From: Chloropicon primus
Taxonomy: Eukaryota
Assembly: GCA_023205875.1 (NCBI GenBank)
Contig: CP060765.1
Span: forward strand, 248,001-312,000
DNA length: 64,000 nucleotides
Reading direction: 5' to 3'
The notes beneath the pieces were generated by a model. The model saw nothing but the letters and a program-made list of their open reading frames with translations. It was not told the DNA's origin and made no database searches. The position numbers and the translations under genes were made by a program. Numbering within the stretch: position 1 is the first letter of the stretch; every line of letters starts with the position of its first letter. Shown one piece after another: positions 21,958 through 33,062 of this stretch.

Positions 21958-23982
21958 TTACTCCTTCTTGCTTAACCGCCACAAGTCCTTGAAGAGGTCG
22001 TGCCACACGAGGTCGTGGCAGGACTTGACGCTCTGGTGGTTCATGCAAGCCTTCCTGAAGTTCCGCAGCTGCCTGCTCTGGTCGCTGGTCAGCTCGATCA
22101 TGTCCACCGCGGCATCCTCGCCGGAGTTCGCCCTCATCTTGTTCATCAGAACGCAATCCACGAGGTACTGTAGCCAGAACACATTGTTCCGAGGGTGGAA
22201 CTCGGCCCAGCTTCCCTCGCCCTTGTCCCCCTCGATGTTCTTGAGCATCTTCCTGTACGTCTCCGCCTGGATGTCACCCTTTGGGCCCTTGAAGAGCCAC
22301 TCGTCGAGGGAAAGGTCGCAGAACGCAACAAAGTCGTCGTCCGCAGTTTGGTTTGCTTCCCCACTCCCCGGATCCCTCGCCTTGGCCTCGAGCCTTGAGA
22401 GCGTGAAGTCGATGATTTGGACCTGCAAGCCGCTCGTGTCGACCTGTATAGGGACGCCCCTCAGCACGTAACGAGTCTTGTGAGAGTCGTCCACGGGGCT
22501 GAGGGAGTTTCCGTTGGACTCTCTGAGAGCCCTCGAGGACAGAGAGGCCGACCTCGGCATTCTCTTCAGAAGGATGTTACCCCAGTGGAGATCCCTGTGC
22601 TCGAATTTGAGCTCCTCCTCCGCCACGGCAAGTCCCATGGTCACCTGCATCAGCATGCTCCTGATCTCCTCGAAACTTCGGAACCTGAAAGACTCCAGGT
22701 CCTCGCCACCGTCGTTGTACACGAAAACGATGTAGAGCTGATCCTCCAAGAAGGTCCCGACGTGGTCGTTTTCCGAGGTGTGGATCTCGTCCCAGGCCTC
22801 CCAGGCCTCCAGCAGGCACGCGGCGTACTTGCCTCTGCAAACAGAGATGCCGTGGGTCTCGATGAAAGTCTTGCAAGAGTTCTGGGTGCCCCCGGATTCC
22901 CTTAGCCTCTTCAGGCAGTTGTGGATGACGACCTCGGCGTAGAGCTCTCCGCTCGTCTTTTGCTTCTCTCCGTTGACGAGCAAGTCGCCATCGATGGGAA
23001 CGACCTTGAGGACCAAGTTGTTGTTCAGCTTGAAAGCCTCCCCAAAGGTTCCCTCGCCAACCTTTCGGACGGAAGCGTCGCACGCCGAGGGAGAGGTCAT
23101 TCGCGCAAGGAACTCGTCGAGGCTTGGGATGCCCCCCTCGCCGGCCCCCTTGGTCAGCTGGCCGCACTCGACCAGGAGCTCGCCCAGGTCGCTTCCAGGG
23201 TCCGGCAGGTCGCCTCCCTCCTCGTCGATCTTCAGGTTGTCCATGACGCCGTGGAGGGAGTCCAGGAGCCCTTCGGCTCCCTCCTCCCCCCTTTCCTCGA
23301 TGGTCCCCATGTCGTTCGTCTCCTGCTGCACGTCTCCTCCCTCCTCGAGCACGTCCTCGACGAGCGTATCAAACTTTGTGCTCAGCCTCAGCACGGACCC
23401 GTTCGAAAACCTGGCGCCGTACCCTTGCACGCTGTCCCTCCTGATGACGACCGAGGACCTCCTGTTCGAAGCCCTCCTGGAGCTGTACGAGAAGTCCCCG
23501 CCGAGGTTGGCCTCCAAAACCGCGTTCTTTGCTGGCTCGGGCGACTCCTCGACCAGCTCGTACGCGTCGACGTCACAGAAATACGACTTCATGTCCTGCA
23601 GGTACTGCGAGTAAGCCTTCTGCTTCTTCTCCTCCGCGTTCGAGGGCATCGCACGCCTGCTGTATGCCCCCTTGGACGCCGACTTCTTCTTCCTCGACCC
23701 CCCTTTCTTCTCCTTCGCGGCCTCGTGAGTCATCACCCCAGAGGAAGAGTAACTCAGCATCCGTCCTATCCAGCTCGTCCTCCTGTCACCGCCACCATCC
23801 GCCACGATCGCCCTCTTCCCTCTCGTACCCTTCCCGACCGAATCCACCTTCACTGGCATCGCATTCTCCTTGTCCAACGCCTCGGCGTCATCCTCAGTCG
23901 TCGCGAGGGCCTCGTATCCGTTGTGCTTTCCCACCTTTCCCCTCGAGCGACGCCTCCTCACGTACGTCAGTATCTCCGCCAT
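21958..23982 (-). CDS. Haspin kinase
   Basis: KVGEGTFGEAF, FEHRDLHWGNIL, IIDFTLSR, LF.G..GD.Q.ETYR.M, W..F.P.NNVFWLQYL haspin signatures. Confidence 0.93.
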   Translation of the reverse strand: MAEILTYVRRRRSRGKVGKHNGYEALATTEDDAEALDKENAMPVKVDSVGKGTRGKRAIVADGGGDRRTSWIGRMLSYSSSGVMTHEAAKEKKGGSRKKKSASKGAYSRRAMPSNAEEKKQKAYSQYLQDMKSYFCDVDAYELVEESPEPAKNAVLEANLGGDFSYSSRRASNRRSSVVIRRDSVQGYGARFSNGSVLRLSTKFDTLVEDVLEEGGDVQQETNDMGTIEERGEEGAEGLLDSLHGVMDNLKIDEEGGDLPDPGSDLGELLVECGQLTKGAGEGGIPSLDEFLARMTSPSACDASVRKVGEGTFGEAFKLNNNLVLKVVPIDGDLLVNGEKQKTSGELYAEVVIHNCLKRLRESGGTQNSCKTFIETHGISVCRGKYAACLLEAWEAWDEIHTSENDHVGTFLEDQLYIVFVYNDGGEDLESFRFRSFEEIRSMLMQVTMGLAVAEEELKFEHRDLHWGNILLKRMPRSASLSSRALRESNGNSLSPVDDSHKTRYVLRGVPIQVDTSGLQVQIIDFTLSRLEAKARDPGSGEANQTADDDFVAFCDLSLDEWLFKGPKGDIQAETYRKMLKNIEGDKGEGSWAEFHPRNNVFWLQYLVDCVLMNKMRANSGEDAAVDMIELTSDQSRQLRNFRKACMNHQSVKSCHDLVWHDLFKDLWRLSKKE

Positions 23983-24504
23983 CGTCCCAAAGTCCTGATC
24001 AATCGACTCGCGGTGCCTCTGCTTCCTTCCAAGAACCTCCTCGCCCTCGAACCTCCTCGCTTCTCTCGTCCTATGCCCACTCCGTCACACCTCCACGGCT
24101 ACGCTCGAATCCCTTCACTCCGTCGTATCTCCCTCGTCCTTGAGCGAAATCGATCAAGTAAGGGGTCAAACGAATGATCACAAAATATTCTATAATAATC
24201 TCAAGACGAAAACGTCTACCTTTGTCGTCGTTCACTTCAATAATGCGCGACAAAGCCGCGCCCTTCCGTCTCCTCCGCACGCGCAGCCTCTGGATCTGTC
24301 ACCCAAAAAAAACACAAAAAAAAACGAATACCTACATAAGAGTGTACCTAGGTCAGACACTCAAATAACGATCTCAGAAAAGTACGTTCATCCCGTGGAC
24401 AAAGGAAGGCGCAGTGACCAAGAGGTTCCCTCCCCAAGAGGACGATTGGGTTTGGGATCGAGAGTTCGGTCAGTGGACACGGTGATGGTTGATATGGTGC
24501 AAGA

Positions 24505-24552
24505 GTTTGGCTCGTGATCTTTCCAAAGAGTCCTTACTCGTTGGATTTGGCC
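24505..24552 (+). promoter_or_regulatory. Oriented upstream element copy (core 24518-24529), 5' of CHR gene
   Basis: ggctcgtgatctttccaaagagtccttactcgttggatttggcc. Confidence 0.7.
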
Positions 24553-24589
24553 TTGATTTGGATAGACAAAAGGTTGGACGACTCTGGGG

Positions 24590-25957
24590 ATGGAAGGAAG
24601 TGAGCTCCTGCAGAAGCGAGAGGACAGGGGACTCCTGGAGGGCGGCGATGGGAACGGCGGGATTTACGCGCAGGTGTCGTATCTGACGATCATGAGGGAT
24701 TTCTTCGCATTGGGGTGGTTGTCCTTTGGCGGTCCGGTGGCCCACATCGCGACCTTCGAGCAAGTCTTCGTCCAGAGGAAGGCTTGGATGTCTTCCTACG
24801 TCTTCACGGAGTTCCTCGCCCTCGGCCAGTGCATAACCGGGCCCACGGCGTGCCAGCTGTCCTTTGCGATTGGAGTGGTGAAGAAGGGCGTTCGGGGGGG
24901 TCTCCTGAGCGGCTCCATGTTCTTGCTCCCGGGGTTTCTCCTGCTGTCCATCATTGGGGCTACCAGTGGAGAGGCCTTCCTCAAGCCCTCTCCCCTGATG
25001 CAGGCGCTCGTCGCGGGGCTTACCTCGGTGGCCATCGCGTTGGTCGCAGGGGCGGCGAAGGCGCTCGGGTCGAAGATATGCGACGACAAGATCACCATTT
25101 GCATCTGCGCGGTCTCCGCGGCCACGGCCTTGTACTGGAAGGGGTCCTTCGTGATGCCTCTGGTGATGGGCGTGGGCGGTGTCGTGACCATCGCGGCGTA
25201 CAGGAACAAGCCTCCCGAGGTTCCAGGCAAGTCTGAGGAGGGGGGAATCAATTCTCTCGGCCTGGGAACCAAGGGTGGCGGCATTCTTCTGGGCGTTTGG
25301 GTCGCTGTGCTGGTAGCCCTTCTCGTCCTCAAATTCATGGAGAAGGGAAACCAAACCTACCCACCCCTTTCGTGGTTCTCGACGTTTTACATGGCTGGGT
25401 CTCTCATCTTTGGCGGGGCGCCAGTTCTCATCCCACTCCTGCTCGACAAGATGACGGCGCCCGGAACCTGCGCCGACTCTCAAGACGACTGCCGGCCGTG
25501 GATGACCGAGGACCAGTTCTACGCTGGCCTGGCCGCGGCGCAGTCAATGCCCGGGCCCATGTTCAACTTCTCTGCGTACTTGGGGGCCGTCATCGCAATG
25601 AACGCCGGGTTTGGAAGCTTTTTCGGCACGCTCGTGTGCTGGGTGGGCTTGCTAGCACCTGGAATCATGCTGATCTTCAGCGTCCTTCCCTTTTGGGGCA
25701 AGTTCAGGACTGTTCCTCTGTACAAGCGAGCACTTCCTGGAATCAACAGCGCTGCGGTTGGTCTCATAGTCACTGCCGTCTTCAAGATGACGTTCCAGGC
25801 GCACGAAAACAGTCCGTTCCCCCAAGCCTCGTCTGCGATCGGTGTCCTGGCGTTCACGGCCGTGTCGTACCTGAAACTTCCCGCGCCCTTGGCCGTGATC
25901 GCGGGAGGCTGCTTGGGCATGATCGCCCACGCAGTGCAACGTCACGAAGGTGCGTAA
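24590..25957 (+). CDS. Long-chain chromate ion transporter (CHR family)
   Basis: LGWLSFGGPVAHIA and GSLIFGG..V.IPLL...GLAAAQSMPGPMFNFSAYLG: two homologous CHR halves. Confidence 0.92.
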   Translation: MEGSELLQKREDRGLLEGGDGNGGIYAQVSYLTIMRDFFALGWLSFGGPVAHIATFEQVFVQRKAWMSSYVFTEFLALGQCITGPTACQLSFAIGVVKKGVRGGLLSGSMFLLPGFLLLSIIGATSGEAFLKPSPLMQALVAGLTSVAIALVAGAAKALGSKICDDKITICICAVSAATALYWKGSFVMPLVMGVGGVVTIAAYRNKPPEVPGKSEEGGINSLGLGTKGGGILLGVWVAVLVALLVLKFMEKGNQTYPPLSWFSTFYMAGSLIFGGAPVLIPLLLDKMTAPGTCADSQDDCRPWMTEDQFYAGLAAAQSMPGPMFNFSAYLGAVIAMNAGFGSFFGTLVCWVGLLAPGIMLIFSVLPFWGKFRTVPLYKRALPGINSAAVGLIVTAVFKMTFQAHENSPFPQASSAIGVLAFTAVSYLKLPAPLAVIAGGCLGMIAHAVQRHEGA

Positions 25958-26054
25958 GCCATTGTAAGCACATCCACTACCACCATTCATCCATCACACT
26001 CCTCCCTCTCTCCCTCTCCTTCCCACCACCAATCCCCATCATCACCAAGGATTG

Positions 26055-26118
26055 TTCCATCCTCCTCATCACAGCACCATTCTTATCAAGTGAGGGCTCT
26101 TTGGAAAGAGCAAGAGAG
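26055..26118 (-). promoter_or_regulatory. Orphan, CpG-decayed copy of upstream element (core 26098-26109)
   Basis: Minus strand ctcttgctctttccaaagagccctcacttgataagaatggtgctgtgatgagg; no minus-strand gene downstream. Confidence 0.55.
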
Positions 26119-26254
26119 CAAGAGACAACGCATCCATCCTCCTCCCTCTCTCCCTCTCTCCCTCTCCCCTTCCTTCCACCATCACCACCATCACCACCAG
26201 GGAGGAGAGCTGGCTGGCTGCTTCAAAGTCTGCAAGTGACAGATCGATCAATCG

Positions 26255-27373
26255 ATGGTGCGCGTGGTGCGCGACCGGGCGGCTGCCAAGGCGGAGGCTC
26301 TGTCGAGGGAGAGGGAGAGGCGAGCGCGGGCGAAGGCCTTCTCATCTTCCGGACGACGGCCACGCCGCGACGGCGGTGACGGGACAGTAGAGGAAAGGAG
26401 CCTCAACATCCACAACGACGACGACGACGACGACGAGGTCGACGAGGTCAAGGAGGAGGAGAGGAGGACGCACGTGGTTTACTTGCCGGAAAGCGCGACG
26501 AGGGAAGAGGTCAAAGGGGAGGAGAGCAGCGGGTGGTTCCGCAACGACGCCTTCTCTTTCGTTTCATGCGAAGTGTTCAAGTTTCTTCTTTACATGCGTG
26601 GCTTGATACCAGACATGTACGATACGCTTGTGCAGGACCACGAGAGGGAGAGGGAGAGGCGCCTCCAGCTCGAGCAGAGGGGTGAAGGGACGGTGGGTCG
26701 TCTTCATCGATCGATGGCTGGCGCGAGATCCTCTTCCAAGTTCACGAGGTTTCGCCAGAAGTCGAGCCAGGTATTGAAGTGTCTCTCGCAGCAGGAGGTG
26801 TTCCTCGGAGGCTCTGGAGAACCACCAGGGGGCTCAGGTGAGGCGGTCGGGTCGATGTGCGAGGTCCTATACATCTTCGGCGCGTCTGTCAGGAAGCCAA
26901 TCGAAGCTTACCTCCTGAGAGCGTCGTGCTCCCCCGCCCTCGAGCCGCCGGCGTCGCCGGCCGCGGGGACGCGAGGCGGAGGCGGTGCGTCCGGCACGCG
27001 AAGGTCGCTGCTGAGCTTCCTTGCCAAAGTGAATAGGACGCTGGTGACGGCGATCATGGGCCTTGAGGACGAGAAGAGGCAAGTGGGCGCCGGGAGCCAC
27101 AAGAGGAGGAGGAGGGGGGACCCCGGAGGGAGGAAACGCAAGGAGATTCCCAAGCGGTGCAAGGTCCACGTCCTCGTCAGAACTTCCGGGGGGGACCAAG
27201 GCAGGCGCTTGGATGGGTTTTTCCCCCAAGTGGGCGTCAATCTCGGTGCCCTGAGCCCTTTGGTGATCTCGATCAAGCCGAAGGGCGACGAGCGGGAGCG
27301 AGCTGAGGGCACCCCTGAAACCCAGATGGGCGGCTGGCTTCAGTGCGCCACGGTCTTGCAAGGAATCCAGTGA
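26255..27373 (+). CDS. p31comet / MAD2L1-binding protein-like (HORMA fold)
   Basis: E.FKFLLYMRGLIP..YD.L, YIFGAS..KP.E.Y and C-terminal WLQC..VLQGI match p31comet/COMET motifs. Confidence 0.7.
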   Translation: MVRVVRDRAAAKAEALSRERERRARAKAFSSSGRRPRRDGGDGTVEERSLNIHNDDDDDDEVDEVKEEERRTHVVYLPESATREEVKGEESSGWFRNDAFSFVSCEVFKFLLYMRGLIPDMYDTLVQDHERERERRLQLEQRGEGTVGRLHRSMAGARSSSKFTRFRQKSSQVLKCLSQQEVFLGGSGEPPGGSGEAVGSMCEVLYIFGASVRKPIEAYLLRASCSPALEPPASPAAGTRGGGGASGTRRSLLSFLAKVNRTLVTAIMGLEDEKRQVGAGSHKRRRRGDPGGRKRKEIPKRCKVHVLVRTSGGDQGRRLDGFFPQVGVNLGALSPLVISIKPKGDERERAEGTPETQMGGWLQCATVLQGIQ

Positions 27374-27484
27374 CACCAGGGGGGAAGGTGTGGGCGTGTG
27401 AAGCAGATGTAAATAAGAAGTAACTATGAATATCCATATGAGTACAAAGCTGTATATTATGGTACAGCAAAATAACAGATATTA

Positions 27485-28357
27485 TTACAAGCAGTGAGCG
27501 TAAGGGTTCTTCATTCCCACGGCCACCACGCGCTCCTCGGCAGTCATGGCCTTGAGCTTGAGGTACTCCTCCTTCGCCATGGCGGCCTTCTGCTCGTAAG
27601 GGACCTTGTTTGTCGGTTCCATCTCCCTCCACTTCTGCCCAGCCATCTTGCTGATCTCCTTGATGGAGGTGGGCTCGGCGCCACTGGAGTTCCTCTCCTT
27701 CCTGAAGTTGGTCAAGAAGATGAAGTAGGCGGTCGGTGGCCTTGGGGGTCCCTTGGCGAGCTTGAACTTCTGTGGCCCGCCACTCGAGATGTAAGCCTCC
27801 TTGGCCTTGAGGTACTCCTCCCTCGCAACAGCGGCCTTCTCCTCGTACGGCGTTCTCTCCTGCGGGGTCAGAGTCTTCCACTTCTCCGAGCCAGCCTTCG
27901 TGCAGTGCACCACGCCCTTGACATCAGGGTGAGTGATCTTGAACTCCTCCCTGAAAGCATCGAGAAAGAAGTTGAAAGCAGTCCTGGCCCTCCTCGGCGC
28001 AAGTGGATCCTTCTCCTTCTTCTTCTTGCCACTCTTGGTCAACTTTGGCTTGGGTGTCTTCTTCACCGGCTTCTTCTTCGCAGCCTTCTTCTTCTTCGGT
28101 GGCTTCTTCTTCGCAGGCTTCTTCTTCACAGGCTTCTTCTTCGCAGGCTTCTTCTTGGGCTTCTTCGGAGTAGCACCCTTCTTCACCTGGGCCTTAGCCG
28201 TGGTCATCGGAGCCTGCGTGAAGGCCGGCGTTGGCATCACCGGATTCATCGGCATAGTGGTCTGGGTCTGTGGCATGTACATACCCGTCTGGCCAGGCAT
28301 CCCGAACCCATAGGGTGGGAAGGCACTGTAAGCACCCATTGGAAACTGCTCAGCCAT
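27485..28357 (-). CDS. Tandem HMG-box protein with Lys/Pro/Ala-rich (H1-tail-like) linker
   Basis: KDPLAPRRARTAFNFF...WKTL...ERTPYEE and PPRPPTAYFIF...KWREM...KVPYEQKA HMG boxes; first ATG at 28357. Confidence 0.9.
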   Translation of the reverse strand: MAEQFPMGAYSAFPPYGFGMPGQTGMYMPQTQTTMPMNPVMPTPAFTQAPMTTAKAQVKKGATPKKPKKKPAKKKPVKKKPAKKKPPKKKKAAKKKPVKKTPKPKLTKSGKKKKEKDPLAPRRARTAFNFFLDAFREEFKITHPDVKGVVHCTKAGSEKWKTLTPQERTPYEEKAAVAREEYLKAKEAYISSGGPQKFKLAKGPPRPPTAYFIFLTNFRKERNSSGAEPTSIKEISKMAGQKWREMEPTNKVPYEQKAAMAKEEYLKLKAMTAEERVVAVGMKNPYAHCL

Positions 28358-29329
28358 GGCTCGAAACAAATCCGGGTTGTAAGGGCTATCTGAAGACGAC
28401 ACGACGACTGGTCTTGGTTGTGTGTTGTCAATGAATTGACAACACACGAATCAATCTCGAACAAAAAAAAATGAGAATCCCTTCTCTCTATCGAAAAGAT
28501 CCCTCTCCTTCTCAACCAAAGGAGGACACTGCTGCACGACACCGCAAGACGATGTGGATGGCAATGGCTTGGCTTAGCACAAAAAAAAAGCAAGCAAGCA
28601 AGCCAACACAGTCTTCTTCCCTCTTCCCTCTTCCCTCTTCCCTCTGTGTTGGATGGATGGATTCCTCTCTCTGTTGATGGCGATGACGAACGACAGGAAG
28701 AAGGGACAACGGAGCGTCAGCACAAAGTCAACTCTTCCTTCCTCTCAGGCAACACAGTCAGACGGCATGACGTATCCACCTTATCACCGCAGTGGACACC
28801 ACACCAAGCCAAGAGAGAGCGAGAAAGATGATGATAAAGAAAAAGAGGAAGAGGAAGAAGAGGAAGAAGAGGAAGAGAAGAAGACGCTCCTTCTTTTTCC
28901 TCGACTTACTTTCGTGTTCCGTTGCTCCTCCAAAGGCTACCTAGGAGGCCTCGTTGTCGGCAAAAAGAAAGTGCGGGTTCAGTTTGTAACCGCTCCGTGT
29001 CCTGCTCAAAGGGAGGGGGTGAAGGTGGGACCTCGCTCGTGTCGCTTCCTTCAGACTCGTGCTCCTTCTGGAGAAGGAGGTCTTGGTTTTTTGACACAGG
29101 CAGAAGAAGAAGAGCAGCAGAAGAAGAAAGAGGAAGAGAAGAGGAAGAGGAAGAGAAGAGGGAGAGGAAAAGGGAGAGGAAGAGGGAGAGGAGAGGAACC
29201 TTTCCCTCTTTATTGTTTTCGTCTTACTATTGTTGCCTTACGATTACGCATCACGTCTGCTGGTCCTAAAACCCTCGGCACAAGGTGTTTGTAGTAATTG
29301 TTATGCTAATCAGGAGGTGGAGTTAGGTC

Positions 29330-29740
29330 AGAGGAAGAGGCAAGAGCGACAAGGACAACAACACAACAAACCCGTGCAAGGGTTTTGAAGAACAAGAACA
29401 AGGGTTCGTCAACCCCTTGGATGAAGCAAGAATAACATAACACACGACGGAGAAGAGACAACCCTTCCCCTTGATGAGAGTTGTACATTAGTTGGTCTTT
29501 TTTTTTTCATAGAGCAAGACGACCATAAGAACAAGAACAAGGGTTTCATGTTTCATGCTCATGCTCGTCAGTATGAACCCTTCTGGGAGTCAAGACCTTC
29601 CCTCTTCTTCTTCTTCCTCCTGCTCGGGAGGGAGGGAGGGAGGGAGTCCGAGTTACAAAAAGAATGGAGGGATGGAGTGGAGCAAGAATAACATAACATA
29701 ACACGAGAAGAGTCTCTTTTAGGTTGTGATTAGTTTAGGT
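29330..29740. repeat. Diverged, indel-rich local duplication
   Basis: gcaaga(g)cgac at 29340/29514, gaacaagaacaagggtt at 29390/29529, gcaagaataacataac at 29426/29682. Confidence 0.6.
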
Positions 29741-30565
29741 TTCACTACTACTTCCTCGTCGCTTTTCTCGCCCTTGCTTGAGGAAGGGACGACGATGTCT
29801 CTTCGGAGGTCGCAAGGCGCTCGAGCTTCAGCATGGCGGATCTTGTTGAGCGCTTTGGCTTCCTCCCCGGCAAAATTGACACCAAGGTGGTTTTAAACTA
29901 GTTCAATTTTGAAAAACAAGGTTCATCTTTTGTCATGTGATCCAAGGCCGACCCCATTCTCCTAATCAACTCCAGGAGGAACCACCCGAGGTACGCTCGC
30001 TCCTCTCCTCTTCCCCTTCCTCCTCCCTCTCCAGCAAGCAAGCATGCAAGAGAAAGAGAGAGAGAGAAAGAGAGAGAGAGAAAGAAATAGAGAGACAGGA
30101 GAAGAGAACAAGAGCCTTCTGTAAATGTCATCCTATAATGGCACCTCCTCCTCCTCCTCCTCCTCCTCCTCCTCCTCCTCCTCTTCCTCCTCTTCCTCTT
30201 CCTCTTCCTTTCCTCGCTTGAGAAAGTGTAAATTCATTCACACCAGAAAAGCGCGCGACGAGAGAGAGAGAGAGGGAGAGAGGGAGAGAGAGCTGAAGGC
30301 CTCCGTGTTCCTCGTTCCTGGTCCTCTCTCGTGCAGACGGCGACATCCTTGGTGACGACCAACCACCGTGACCACACTCGACGCCTCCTTCCCATTCTCA
30401 CGCCAGGTTGCCTCACACGCAAACGAAGACTTGGTCTGAGTCCCCAGGTTGTAACGGACGGAGTTGAGGTCGTGCCGTCCTCGTCCTCGTGTCTTCCCAT
30501 CTTGTCTCGTCTTGTCTCGTCTGGTCTGGTCGAGGAGAAGTCGCCGGCTGTTTCTTCTCTCCGTC

Positions 30566-31241
30566 ATGTCTTCGTCGACGCTGGACGAGAGGTGGTTGGG
30601 AGCCGAAGGCATGCTGTTCCCGGGGGGGACACCGCTGCCGGAGAAGGAAGCCACTCCGAGCAGGGTCAGGGGGTCGTCATCGAGTCCCTCCACGAGCGGT
30701 CTGGTCCACGAGTGCCGCGGTGGAGGCTCTGGCTCGGTCGGCCCAAATTCGCTGGCGTGCATGCCACTCGTCGAGTTCCAGGTGAGAAAGGATGACAGAC
30801 GCGCTCGCTCCCGTGCGGTGCCGTGCGCTTGTGTGCTGCCAATGGTGGCTGGACTGACAAAAGCAACCTGACACCCTCTTCCAGGGCATCTGCCTCGCCT
30901 TGGTGGTCTTCTCGTGGCTGGTCATGTCGATGAAAGGGGAAAGGGGATCGAGGGGGCTCGCGGGAACCCTGAAAAGGATTTGCACGGCGGCGTTAGAACC
31001 CCTGCTTCGGCTGTGGGGCTGCGCGTGCTTCCTGCCGAAGCAGGCTTTTCAGCAGAGGTACTGGTCCAGGCGCAAGTACTTGGCCCTGGGGAGGCTGGAA
31101 AAGTTCAGATCAGACGACCAAGCAGTCGCCTCGAAAATGAAGGAATCCGACAGGTGCCTCGAAGGCGCCGAGGCAGCTCCGACGTCACCCATCGTGGTGA
31201 CGTCGGACAACCGAGAGCTGGAGCGCCGCGTGCCGGCATGA
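30566..31241 (+). CDS. Hypothetical protein with one predicted TM helix; intron 30782-30884
   Basis: CAG|GTGAG donor, CTGAC branch points and CCAG acceptor join frames in phase 0 (..VEFQ|GICLALVVFSWLVM..); further 5' exons possible. Confidence 0.55.
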
Positions 31242-31303
31242 AGCTCTTCTTCTTCTTTTCTGTTGTGTATTACACGAAAATCAGGGTGCCGGTCATTGCG
31301 TGC

Positions 31304-32791
31304 TTAGCCCGTGTCCATTCTGTCCATACCAGGAGCGCTGCTGTTGTCAGAGCTCAATTTCCTGATCAAGTGAGAAAACTCGTCAAAGTCGATGTAGCCA
31401 TCGCCGTTCTCGTCGTACTTTCCCACAATCCCTTCTATGCCCTCCGGATCCTGCCCCATGGCCTCGAGCTCCCGCCTCAGCTCCGCCAGGTCAATGTAGC
31501 CGTTCCCATCGTGGTCGATCTTACTGAACGCTAACTTTATTCTGTGGTCCCAGCCGATGCTGTCCCTCTTTTTCCTCTGCCTTATCCGCAAGGCAGCTGT
31601 GGTGAACTCCAAGTAATCAATCTCCCCGTCTCCGTTGTAGTCCATCCCTTTCAGCATGTCCTGCGCCTCCTTCCTGGACAACGCGCTCGAGTCCGAATTG
31701 GACCCAAAAGGCCCCGAAGCTTTGCTCATGGCCTCCATGAGCTCCTCCATCGATATCGTCCCCGTGTTGTCCCTGTCCATCAGCATGAACTGCTGCCTGA
31801 TGTCTCGGATGTCCTCATCGCTGTAGGTCAAGGCGAGGTTACGCAGGACGACCTTGGTCACCTTGCTGTAGTCCCTGAACTCCTTCATCTTGCTGAGGAG
31901 GGCGATGTCAAGAGGCACGTCTGGCGCGCAGCCATCGACCATCACCCAAGGGTGAGCCAGAGCCTGCGCCGGTGTGAACCTTACCTTGGGGTCCGGGTTC
32001 AGCAGGCAAAGGATCAGGTCCTTGGCCTCGTCAGAGATTTGACTCCATACTGGCGACTGAAAGTGTTTCGCCAGATGCTTCTGGGAGTTGAGTATCATCT
32101 TGAAAATTTTGGTGTTCGCCCTGCCGAAGAACGGAGGCTTGCCGCAGAGAAGGATGAACATGATTACCCCCGCGCTCCACACATCGCTCTGAGACCCGTA
32201 CTTCTTGTGAAGCACCTCCGGAGCTAGGTAGAAAGGGGTGCCGCAAAGGCTGCTGAAGACCTGCCGGTCCGTGTAAAACGTGGACAGTCCAAAGTCAACA
32301 ATCTTCAGTTCGGAGTCTTCCTGCTCATCTGCAAAGAGAAAGTTCTCCGGCTTCAGGTCCCTGTGGATCACGCCCTTCATGTGGCAGGCACCGATGACTT
32401 CGAGCATCTCTCGGACCAACTTTGCCGCATCCTTCTCCGTGTACCTCGTCTTGTTAATGATTCTGTAAAACAGTTCTCCGCCGTGGCACAGCTCCAGAAC
32501 AATCATAAAGTAGCTTGGGTCATCGAAGAAGTCCTTGAGCTGAACCACGTGGTTCACCCCCTTGAGGCACTTCAAGATCTTGGTCTCGCGGTAAACGCTC
32601 TCTATGTCCTCCTGGCTCAAGCTATCTGTCTTCTTGATCGTTTTCACGGCATAGGCCTTGCTCGGGTCGCTCTTGAGAAAGCACTTGTACACGAGTCCAA
32701 AGCTACCACTTCCCAAGTGAGGCCCCAAGACGTAGTGTTCCACGAAGGAGCCACTGCTCTTCAATTCCTCGACGTTCAAGGCGTCCCCCAT
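31304..32791 (-). CDS. Calcium-dependent protein kinase (kinase, junction, 4 EF-hands)
   Basis: LGSGSFG, HRDLKPENFLF, DFGLS, APE; four EF-hand loops (DRDNTGTI, DYNGDGEID, DHDGNGYID, DENGDGYID). Confidence 0.95.
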   Translation of the reverse strand: MGDALNVEELKSSGSFVEHYVLGPHLGSGSFGLVYKCFLKSDPSKAYAVKTIKKTDSLSQEDIESVYRETKILKCLKGVNHVVQLKDFFDDPSYFMIVLELCHGGELFYRIINKTRYTEKDAAKLVREMLEVIGACHMKGVIHRDLKPENFLFADEQEDSELKIVDFGLSTFYTDRQVFSSLCGTPFYLAPEVLHKKYGSQSDVWSAGVIMFILLCGKPPFFGRANTKIFKMILNSQKHLAKHFQSPVWSQISDEAKDLILCLLNPDPKVRFTPAQALAHPWVMVDGCAPDVPLDIALLSKMKEFRDYSKVTKVVLRNLALTYSDEDIRDIRQQFMLMDRDNTGTISMEELMEAMSKASGPFGSNSDSSALSRKEAQDMLKGMDYNGDGEIDYLEFTTAALRIRQRKKRDSIGWDHRIKLAFSKIDHDGNGYIDLAELRRELEAMGQDPEGIEGIVGKYDENGDGYIDFDEFSHLIRKLSSDNSSAPGMDRMDTG

Positions 32792-33014
32792 GCCCTCTCC
32801 CTTCCTCTCTCTGCCCCCTCTCCCTTCTCCCTTCTGTCCTCCAGCACCGAGTGCGCCCCCGTCCCTTCAAAGAGAACCTCCTGAAAACCTTCCGTTACGA
32901 AGCGCTGCAAGGAATGCGATAGGTCTGCCACGCCGTCACCATGTCCTTCCCCTCTTCACAGTTCTGTGACCCTGGCCAAGCAAAGGATGCAAAGTTTTTG
33001 TTCCAAACAAACGA

Positions 33015-33062
33015 CTGGAAGGGCCAAACACCGTCAAGTCGGGTACCTTTCGAAAGACAATC
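33015..33062 (-). promoter_or_regulatory. Oriented upstream element copy (core 33046-33057), 5' of CDPK
   Basis: Minus strand tgtctttcgaaaggtacccgacttgacggtgtttggccc. Confidence 0.5.

Noticed and set aside
28653..29294. 213-aa ORF with poly-E and KR/GR tracts
   Set aside because: Produced by purine microsatellites; no domain and atypical codon usage
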